Assembly (NCBI GenBank): GCA_051294905.1
Contig: CM119371.1
Coordinates: 39,992,001-40,056,000 of the forward strand
Length of the DNA stretch: 64,000 bases
Direction: 5' to 3'
Source of the DNA: Botryllus schlosseri
Lineage: Eukaryota
The notes beneath the pieces were generated by a model. It saw nothing but the letters and a program-made list of their open reading frames with translations, was not told the origin of the DNA and made no database searches. Positions 54,073 to 64,000 of the stretch are shown piece after piece (position 1 is the first letter of the stretch; every line of letters begins with the position of its first letter). Position numbers and translations under genes: made by a program.

Positions 54073-55468
54073 TAAGGAAAGTATCATCTAACGTATAATG
54101 AATGTTATTTATTTCTCGGAAGCATGGACCGGGCATAGTCCAACGTTAATTATATTATGAGAGTGTTTACATTCTAAATAGCCTGAGGGGCGGGGCGCCA
54201 AACGATTCAACCTTCACTACTCATGTCCACCTTGTCACGATGGACGCAATTTTTAATAGAATATTGATTGTTTTTGCATCGTTTGTGGAATAGGATTTGC
54301 TAGTGGACAACTAAAATCACACAACTTCATTTGAAGAAATCGCTTTTCATTTTCGTAAATCAACTAGCTGCTTTTTCTGCGGGATTATTGCTCGATTTGT
54401 TAGGATGCCATATCTGATTTTCATTGTCACTAGTGCATATTGATCAGCTGTTAAAGAAGTTAAAACGTCTGTAAGTCGCGTATATTAGTCTTCAGGCCTT
54501 TTTCAAAATATTTATGAAGTTCTTCTTTTGCAACACCTTAAAAATTGTTCGCGGCACACCTGAGAATCTGTGGTGGCACACAGGAATTACTGGGCTACAG
54601 ACTCAATACAAACTACTGTATTTTCAAAATGCGCAACTAGGACTAGACTACTCGCTTTACAAAACTCACAAACATAGAACACAAACTAGAACCCACAACC
54701 TTTGAAAATCCGCAACTAACCAAGTAAGTAGACTCAAGTCTAAAGCAACTCCTTAATTTTCATAATAGCCTAACGGTTTTGCACGCGAGTACTAGTTTAA
54801 AATGAGAGTTTCGACCCCCGAAAGCTATACCCAGTTATGCCACCGTTAGTAGTGATGACTCTGAGCTAGAAATGGCTGCAAGAACATCACGCAACAGAAC
54901 AATGGTTGCGCAAAATAACAGCAGCTAGTTCACCGTCAAAGAACTAGATTGATAGTTTGTACAAGTCTGGTCGAGTCCAAGTCTACATGGATTGAATGTA
55001 TGTTTGGCATCGGACAGAGTTTTATCGAGATGGCATTGATACATAAACAAGGAATCTGACGACCCACGACTGTGTTTGCGACTTTCTTCTTTTCAAAATC
55101 TGGAAAAAGAAATCATTTCCGCACGCCGATAACTAAAAAATATCGTTCTGCACTTACCTTTCACTTTGAACATGTGCAAAAAGATGGTTTCTGTTTGCAG
55201 GTGGTCGGAAGGGGGATGGTAAAAATCTTGCAAAAATATAAAGATAAATTCAATAACAATTTAAACAACAGCGAACGTACCACTTTACTATGTCACTACC
55301 TTCGAGTCAAAAGTCATTGCACATTTTGAATCGAGTCAAGTCACTAGTTTTTGGAGTTGACTCAAGTCAAGTCCAGTCAAGTCACCAGTCAAGTCAAGAT
55401 TCAAGTTAAGTTGAATTTTAGAAGTATGAGTGATGATGCTAAGTGATTACATTTTGTTAACTGGTTGA

Positions 55469-56308
55469 CAGTGTTGGGATGACTCGAGTCATGACTTGAC
55501 TCGAGTCACCTTTTTCGTATGACTTGACTTGACTCGAGTCACTTTGCTAAAATGACCTGACTTGACTCGGCGTCTCATAAATGTGGATTGACTCGTGACT
55601 CGGAGCAAAATTCACGAGTCAATTTCGAGTCATCAAGAAATCGATATCGATAAAAATCATTGTATCTTGCTTCTTGCATATGTTCGGATTGTACGCGAAA
55701 CGGTGGTGCAACCCATGAGAGCAACCAATCATTAAATGATCGTGCGTTTTACTGAGCCTCCGTTGTTCTCTCACAAATATATTGATCGCAAACTAAGGTT
55801 ATATAGTCCTCAACCACAGGCGCAGGCTGGAATTGTATCATATCAATTTGTAAATAGGTAATGTATTGCATCATATCAATTTGTTTCTCTATTCTCTATT
55901 TTGGCTGGTAGGCCTAACTATAATGCGAGGTCATGCAATTACTTACGTAGTTAAGCATTTCTACGTATATGTGAGCAATAAAGCCCCTTCTTGCGTTTAT
56001 ATTCAACTCTATATTCGTTCATAGGGTCAGAATCAATAATCACTCAATCTGTATCTCAGAAAGCTAGCAAAATGCAATGTCGTAATCATGCCTCATACTT
56101 TGAAAAGGCAACTTGACTTGAATTGTGACTTGACTCGTGACTTGACTTGACTTGACTCGACTTGACTCAAGTCACCTCCAAAATTCGAGTGACTTGACTT
56201 GACTCGAGTCACCTTCGAAAATCGATTGACTTGACTTGACTCGAGTCAAAATGTGCAATGACTCGAAATGACTCGTGACTCGAAGGTAGTGACTTGATCC
56301 CAACACTG
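55469..56308. mobile_element. Young 840-bp GACTCGAG-family hAT MITE (self-nested)
   Basis: TIR CAGTGTTGGGAT; perfect TSD CTGGTTGA. Confidence 0.95.
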
Positions 56309-56413
56309 CTGGTTGAAGGGTAGATTTAATTGACCAATTATCTTGAATCAAATAACGAATACGGTATATATAAATTTAAATAGCCTATACAAGCAAAATG
56401 ACGTTGTATAGAT

Positions 56414-59038
56414 CAGTGGTTCTCAACCGCCGGTCCGCGGACCGGTGCCGGTCTGCGACGACATTCCTGCCGGTCCGCCAGGTAAATTACGACATTGCAT
56501 TTTGCTAGCTGTCTGAGATACAGATTGAGTGGTTATTGATTCTGACCCTATGAACGAATATAGAGTTGAATATAAACGCAAGAAGGGGATTTATTGCTCA
56601 CGTATCCGTAGAAATGCTTAACTACGTAAGTAATTGCATGACCTCGGATTATAGTTAGGCCTACCAGCCAAAATAGAGAACAGAGAAACGAATTGATATG
56701 ATGCAATACATTACCTATTTACAAATTGATATGATACAATTCCAGCCTGCGCCTGTGGTTGAGGACTATATAACCTTAGTTTGCGATCAATATATTTGTG
56801 AGAGAACAACGGAGGCTCAGTAAAACGCACGATCATTTAATGATTGGTTGCTCTCATGGGTTGCACCACCGTTTCGCGTACAATCCGAACATATGCAAGA
56901 AGCAAGATACAATGATTTTTATCGATATCGATTTCTTGATGACTCGAAATTGACTCGTGAATTTTGCTCCGAGTCACGAGTCAATCCACATTTATGAGAC
57001 GCCAAGTCAAGTCAGGTCATTTTAGCAAAGTGACTCGAGTCAAGTCAAGTCATACGAAAAAGGTGACTCGAGTCAAGTCATGACTCGAGTCATCCCAACA
57101 CAGTCAACCAGTTGACTCGAAATGACTCGTGACTCGAAGGTAGTGACTTGATCCCAACACTGCTGGTTGAAGGGTAGATTTAATTGACCAATTATCTTGA
57201 ATCAAATAACGAATACGGTATATATAAATTTAAATAGCCTATACAAGCAAAATGACGTTGTATAGATCAGTGAATTACAATTTTATACCTTAAATTCAAG
57301 ATGCACTGTAAAAGGCTGGTCCATTGATCAAATATATAAAACATTAAATTTTAAACTGATTCAGAACTTCTTGAGGTAACACTAGGGCCGAAAACATGTT
57401 CGATTTGACATAAAGTTCAAGACGTGCCATTTGACGACATGCGAGCGACAAGTACTGAACAGGTACGAGCTGACTCATCGCTAAACAGCGCAGTTTGCGC
57501 GAGCATTCGTCTTCGATTCATTCATTCTGTGCAGGACCGTAACCGGGGCACCCCAAACCGCCTAATAGGAGAAGGGCCGAGCTTGAAAAGAACCCGAAAT
57601 TATTTTGGAAATGAACATCAGGGTTGTATCCAAGTCATAAGGTTCCGGGTCACAAGTCAATCTCACTTTTTTAGTTTTGACTCGAGTCAATTCGAGTCAT
57701 TTTCAATTCACCACCGAGTCAAGTCCGAGTCCAAGTCACTGAGTAGACTGTCGAGTCCGAGTCATAGTGTTTTGACTGCAGTCCGAGTCCAAGTCATTGT
57801 GTGCGGACTTTCCAGTTTCGAGTTAATGTCATGTGAGACCCAGTTTTCACAACTCTACCCGGTGATATCAAATGCTTCTCATTCATAATATCTTCATTTT
57901 CGTCACTTTTAACAGTTTCAGGTAGCATTTTCAAGTGCCAGTATGGACAGACGAAATAATATCAGCGTGATAACTTTACTATTCTTCGAAATTGCAATGA
58001 AATGCCCGTCTTGGTAGACCCAGTCTCGAGTCATATCACTCGGTCCGAGTCATGTGCAATGACTCGAGTACAAGTCGAGTCAATACACAACCATGATGAA
58101 CATAAATCATAACGTATTTATTTGAAACTTTTCCCAACATTTTTCAATTTGTTTTCGCTCTTTGCGCGATTTAGTGACACTAAATGTTTTGCATCTTAAG
58201 TGCCCGTCTCCGAGAAATACGCATGATTTATAGAAATAGGCATTTGGGCGTCAGCCATTACCGCGCCATGACGTACCAATACAAAATAATGAAGATTAGG
58301 CTAACATGCGACTCCGAAAGGCGTGCCAAAAATACGGCAGCGAGAAAACCGATTCAGTCATGAATGGTGGTAAATTTGCGCTATTGACGCAATTGAGCTA
58401 CTTAAACTCTTTGCTTACACTGAGTAGAATGAATGTGCCCAGAAAGGTGAAAACATCCTCCCAACTGTGGCTTTATCGCCCTGTGGAGCACAAGATCAAC
58501 GCTTTTGGGGGTGGGCTTACGAAGTGCTTTTTCGGCACGGATTGCCGGTATAGTTACTGTAAGGTGTTTTCTTGGGTCACGCATTGTATTCGTAGTTGCC
58601 AGAGTAGCCTATGCGTCCAGTGCCAGTGGGCAATGAGCAAGGTAGCACGACAAGGTGCTTGGTTCGACTCCGAAACGCTTCTTGTATCGATATTGTCAAA
58701 GAGATGAATATTATTCGAGTTGGCGTGGTCCGTTAAACCCACGGCCTTCGGCACGAAAGACTGTAAACGACTCTCGATGGTAGCACTTTTAACTGGATAA
58801 GGCAATTTTACATCGACTCAGCAGACTGACTACCATAAAATCACATGGATGCCATCGTGAAGATAATTAATCACGATCAAAACCCTCTAAATGTCACTCT
58901 CTATCATCATATAACTGCAAAAAACGGTTGCATGCTTTACATTTTGGCTTAAATTTCAATTTTGAAAGTTCACCGGTCCGCCAGTCATTTTTTTGAAATT
59001 TTACCGGTCCGCGAGGTGAAAAAGGTTGAGAACCACTG
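56414..59038. mobile_element. hAT-type MITE (CCGGTCCG motifs) with internal insertions
   Basis: 15-bp TIR CAGTGGTTCTCAACC; perfect TSD GTATAGAT. Confidence 0.92.
57619..58095. mobile_element. GACTC-family MITE
   Basis: CAGGGTTGT...ACAACCATG; perfect TSD ATGAACAT. Empty site near 1990. Confidence 0.85.
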
Positions 59039-60305
59039 GTATAGATCACGCACCCCAAGAACTGATGATAAAATACATGAATAACTGTATGTATACCTAC
59101 ATGCTAGAGTCTGTTATTATCAGTCGATATATAGGACCGAATACGAAGCCACGAGAAGTTGATCAGATTAGTTTGATTAGTCTGATTAGTGTTGTTAAAG
59201 GTGAGCACTGCGCAATGTAAGCACTGAGCCGTCTAAGAAACAGAGATACGTTTCTATTAGAATAATATATTGCTACTACGACAAAGTATACTGTGATTGT
59301 TTCGTTTGTGGTCAATTTATTTGTGATGTAACAATGGATGATCAGCAAGACGTACAATCAGTGAATGACTGGTTGCTCTCACAAGTGACACCGGCATATT
59401 GCAAACAACTCGAACATACATAAGATTAAGTGATTTAATCGACACCGTTTACTTAATGACTTGAAATTGACTCGTACATCTTGCTCAAGTCACGAGTCAA
59501 TCCACATGTTTGAAGCGCACGAGTCAAGTCTAGTAATCTCATTTTAGCAAAGTGACTCGAGTCAAGTCATACGAAAAATTTCACTCGAGTCAAGGCATGA
59601 CTCGAGTCATCCCAACACTGATATGATCCTACTCTACACCAGCCAATTTGTGAGTTAGGAGCATCGAATTTAAACTCGGTATACTTTACGAATAACGCCA
59701 TAAGATAAAAATTTGTTAATCAAATTATGGAAGATCTACACGCAGCTATGTTTGATCTTGACATTGACTTTGTGGACTTGACTTGAGCCTATTCAAAAAT
59801 GAGAAATTTATTAAATGCATTTTGAATACAGATATTTTCGACTGACACTCGGCCCTGGTAATCGTCAGGATCTAGTGGAGAATCGGGGGGGGGGGGGGGG
59901 TATTGTATATCAGCATTGTATCATAAAATATGACGTCGCTAGCATGAAAATTCAAATGATCCAGCCAAATGGCTGGCCCAAGCTCAATCTCAATGTACTA
60001 TTTTTTAGACTATGGTATACACTGCATTGAATCTCAGCCCTTTGTTGAAATAGGCACATATCTTGCATGATGGGAACCATTCTCAAGTGACAACTAAGAT
60101 TATTGATTTAAAATGTCTTTGCTCACTGTTAACAAGTGACACAGTGCAAGTGCTTTACCAACAGACTATCAGTCAACAAGTCCCGGTAAAAACATGAGGT
60201 CAAAACATTATACACTGCACACCAATTACAATATAGTGACTAGTGACGTCATATTTTGTGATACGATTGTCGGTATACGATGTTCTTCCCAATTATCTAC
60301 TAGTT

Positions 60306-60349
60306 GCTGACGATTAAATCTGACGAGTGTCTGCCGAAAATATCAGGTT
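60306..60349 (+). ncRNA. Degenerate minimal hammerhead motif in pLTR-like fragment (60240-60365)
   Basis: GCTGAC-GATT-AAAT-CTGACGA-GTGTCTGCC-GAAA-ATA-TC-AGGT; homologous to 42595-42720. Confidence 0.6.
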
Positions 60350-61802
60350 TCAGTTCAATATATGAATAAACACTACAGTGTTCAATAGAATGCTAATATT
60401 ATTATGAACCTTCAATTCGGTACAATGTAAATAGAATAAGTTCTAAAATCAATCTTACCATCAAGAGCCTCTCTTTCGCTAACATGCGGAAGAACTGACA
60501 CCGAAGGTAGTCCGTCATCATCATTGTGATTTACGTTCGATTTTATGAGCCTGATACCACGTTTCGATACAGGCGGTGCCATTGGTGATTTAGGACTGTA
60601 ATTATGTCTTGATACAAGTTTTTTCACCGGAGTCTTGATAGGCTATCGTGTGCTTATAACTTTAAAGACTCGTTCATGTCGTCACGGAAACATTCATGAC
60701 AAACGTTGCGACGTAATTTCTTGATTATTTCACCGTGCAGAAAGGCACTGTCGCATGTTAAGCCTAGATAAGCTCCATGCATGTGGAATCGCGAACAGAT
60801 ATCAGTTCAGGATCTGGACTAGAATTACCGTATTCTCTGTAATGATAAATAAATCATTAGTGGCGAGGAGCGTCTAATTTCAATTCTCGAAACCATATTT
60901 CTCACTAATCGATTGGAATGGGCAATAATTGTGCTTGGGCCCATTTCCAACCACATGATGGTACTCGTGCAGTGCCGTCGGAGTCGGCCAGGCGGTTGCA
61001 GATAAACTCGCCACTCATGAGTCACAATGAAAATAGTGGTTGTTTTCGGCAATGAGTTGAGCTTGACAGAAGGATTTCTTACACAGAATAATTAAATATT
61101 TAAACAAAAAGTTGCGGGTGACGTTGCCATCAATCCCACTCTGGCTCATCAATCCTTATCGAACAATGATATCGCATAGTATCAATTGTACAGCTGACAG
61201 ATACAGTTCTGCACTAGAAGATCACGAATTGTATCTACGGAATGAACAAAAGCAAATAGAACGAAAACTGAAATTTTGATTATAGGAAGGTTAACGCGAA
61301 GAGACAACGCTACCAATTTGAAGAAAGTGTGAGAATAAAAGTGGGATATCGGATCAGAAGCAAATGAAAAATGACATCGATTATTCGGCCATGGCTATAT
61401 ATAACAATCAGGCATTTAATCATATTACCCAATATATATCAAGAAGTAATAGTAGCTAGCTGGTTACTATGGAATTGTACAATTAAGAGATACGGTAGTC
61501 AATATTACATCATCCGCGTTTTGCCCACAAATGCTGGAAGACGTGAAGGCCCTTTCAGTAATAGCTTGCTGATGCTTATATTACCTTTGGTCAATCGGTT
61601 CAAAGCTTGAAGAGCGACGCTTATGGTCGAGTCGCACAAAATGTCAATAATAGCACGATCCTGAATTTATGTCTCTTAGTTGTCCAAATTTCCTCTCCAT
61701 TCTTGCCGACTTGTTTATTGGACAAGAAAAAATTTATTCAAACTGTGCTGTATCCTTGGCCTTTCGGATATGGTTTGTAAGGTGCATTGTACCACTTGAA
61801 CA

Positions 61803-62971
61803 TTGGGTTGTAATCAAGTCAAAAGGCTCTGAGTCACAATTTAATCTTAATTTTATAGACTGTTTGACTCGAGTCAAGTCGAGTCATATTCAATTCACCA
61901 CATAGTCAAGTCCGAGTTCAAGTCGGTGAGAAAAAGGTCGAATCCGAGTCATGGTATTATGACTAGAGTCGAGTCCAAGTCATTGTGTTGGCTGACCAGC
62001 TTCCAGTCAAAGTCTTGATAAATCAATTTTTATAACTCTGTTTGGTGATATCGAATGGTTCGCTTTCATAATATACTAATATTACTCATTTTAAGCAGTT
62101 TCTGGTCACACTTTCAAGTACCAGTACCACGAAATCCCAATAGTGTGGTTAGGCTACAGTACTTTACTATTCTTCAACATTACAATGAAATGTCTGTCTT
62201 GGCCGGCTGAGTCTCGATTCATATGACTTGGTTCGAGTGATGCGCAATGACTCGAGTTCAAGTCGAATCAATACACTACCAAAAATAAGACAAATTTGGT
62301 CTTATGGTCTCAAAGTGACTTTTTATGACAAATGTCTTAAAGACAAATCTGTCTCAATAAGAATCTTTCGTCTCAAAATTAAGACCATTTTCGCTTGAAA
62401 CCAAGAGACAAATTGCATGTCTTATAAAGCAGAATCAGTATTAATTTCAAGACCAAATAATCTTGACAATTCAATATGGCCTTGAAAAGTTTGATCAGTC
62501 CTAATTTTAAGATCGAATAATCTTGACAATTTAGTAGGGCCTATGTCATACAAAGCTGGAACAGTCTCAATTTCAAGACCTAATAATCTTGACAATTCAA
62601 TATGGCCCTAATTTCAAGACCGAATAATCTTGATATGATTGAATATGGTACCGTATCAAATAGCTGAATCAGTCTTCATTTTAAGACCAACTAATCTTGA
62701 CGATTCAATATGTTCTTGAAAAGCTGAATCAGTCTCGATTTCAAGACCTCACTTCATCAGTAAGACTGAATTTGCTGAAAATGAGACCAAATCCGGTAGT
62801 GTCCTAAATTTGAGCCCAAAATTGTAAATTATTTTTTGTAGTGATACCGGTACACAGATTGACCTCAGTCTAGTCATTTCCGTATTTTGAGAAAAAAATA
62901 CTCTCCAGTCACGTCGAGTCATCATAAAATCGTGACTCGAGTCGAGCCATGACTCGAGTCATTACAACCCT
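61803..62971. mobile_element. GACTC-family MITE with nested CACTA-type element
   Basis: GGGTTGTAAT...ATTACAACCCTG; homologous to 57619-58095. Confidence 0.8.
62274..62843. mobile_element. CACTA/EnSpm-type non-autonomous element
   Basis: CACTACCAAAAATAA...TTATTTTTTGTAGTG (14/15), 3-bp TSD ATA, AAGAC/GTCTT internal repeats. Confidence 0.8.
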
Positions 62972-63221
62972 GATTGAAAACTTGTGCTGTTTAATTTGCA
63001 TTTGAACATAGCAATTATTGCAGTCACCAATCACCATTCAGCAGAGCCAGTGTCCCATAAATCAGGTTGCAACCACTCTATACTTCACTCTTTCTGTACT
63101 ATCTCTCATGACGTCAATCCATTACAATGGACAAACGAAACTCAGACAACGGAATCACAGTTGAAATCGACACTCAGACTATAGGTTAGTAATCTGCTCA
63201 CACCTCAGAGCTCAGACTATA

Positions 63222-63789
63222 GATTACTAACCTACGGATAGATACGCAGGTCCCGCCGTTACGCTCCGGCAAGCAGTTACACTTGTTGCTGAGCAATCTA
63301 AAAGCAGCATAATCGATGGTGTTATAGTTCGCGACCTGAGGGCTGAAATTTAATGAAACTGGTCTTAATCGAGAGCTACTGCCGCACTGATTCCAAAAAT
63401 ACAAATTAAAATCTTGACGGGGATACGGAACCACCTCAAAACAACCCTCAAAATCCGAAAATCGGCATTGTTGTAACAATGGCACCTACCGCAACACGAT
63501 AAACGTAACAATTGCAATTTCATCAAGCGATTGTTCAGAACAATGCCGATTTTCATATTTCAAGGGATGTTTTGACGTGGTTCCCTTTCCCCGACAAGAT
63601 TTTAATTTGTATTCTCAGAATCAGTTTGACAGTAGCTCTCAATTAAGACCAGTTTCATTAAATTTCAGCGCTCGGGTCGCAAGTTATAACACCACCAAAT
63701 ATGCTGCTTTTAGATTGCTCAGCAACAAGTGTAACTGCTTGCCGGAGCGTAACGGCGGGACCTGCGTATCTATCCGTAGGTTAGTAATC
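63222..63789. repeat. Foldback with ~260-bp arms
   Basis: 63222-63480 is the reverse complement of 63530-63789; the outer ~90 bp appear identical. Confidence 0.9.
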
Positions 63790-64000
63790 AGCCCCACACA
63801 AGAGCATCACTAACGCACTGATCAACACTCCTAGGCGTTGACTTTCAAATTGTTTAATGGTCTCTCGTTTAAATAATATAGAAAAGCACCATAATTAGTG
63901 CTGGTCAAAATCGTGTACCTGAGTGATTTGATTCTGAATCACGTATTATGCTTCGAGTCGAGTCGAGTATTCGAGTATCGAATGTAACATTCGATAATTC

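Larger units (their letters stand above)
55293..59620. mobile_element. Old GACTCGAG-family MITE hosting several nested insertions
   Basis: Left part 55293-55460; right end ATCCCAACACTG at 59620. Remaining pieces are colinear with 20775-22913. Confidence 0.7.
54831..61700 (-). pseudogene. Tentative 5' exons of DCAF1-like pseudogene (61585-61700, 60829-61061, 60459-~60725, 55158-55226, ~54831-55099)
   Basis: AG/GT sites with matching phase-1 junctions and a 58-nt intron (55100-55157). Weak colinear peptide echoes: ALNRLTK-AQLIAE, LLATNDLF, VATFVMN, LQTETIF, STRLVQTI. Confidence 0.45.

Noticed and set aside
911..63813. Most 60-150 aa ORFs in the supplied track
   Set aside because: They lie in MITEs, simple repeats or antisense to retroelement ORFs and show no recognisable domains.

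Overview
AT-rich eukaryotic (animal, invertebrate-like) genomic DNA dominated by nested transposable elements; there are no prokaryotic features and most of the supplied short ORFs are spurious. Main content: (1) a heavily diverged, multi-exon DCAF1/VprBP-like pseudogene on the minus strand, securely 34187-39792 and probably extending to about 61700, with TE-filled introns; (2) two Penelope-like elements (GIY-YIG; the second also retains RT) in tail-out inverted arrangement (about 11750-14850 and 24262-27160, the latter with a 16-bp TSD), plus small non-coding relatives, together carrying seven minimal hammerhead-ribozyme motifs that share a covarying pseudoknot and an upstream CRE-like octamer; (3) a 5'-truncated R4/Dong-like restriction-like-endonuclease LINE inserted in a (TAA)n tract; (4) a tRNA-derived SINE; (5) many CAG-terminated hAT-type MITEs with 8-bp TSDs, including two TIR-only elements of just 27 and 28 bp, and one CACTA-type MITE; (6) several inverted or templated duplications. 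All homology calls come from reading and recalling sequence by eye, not from database searches.
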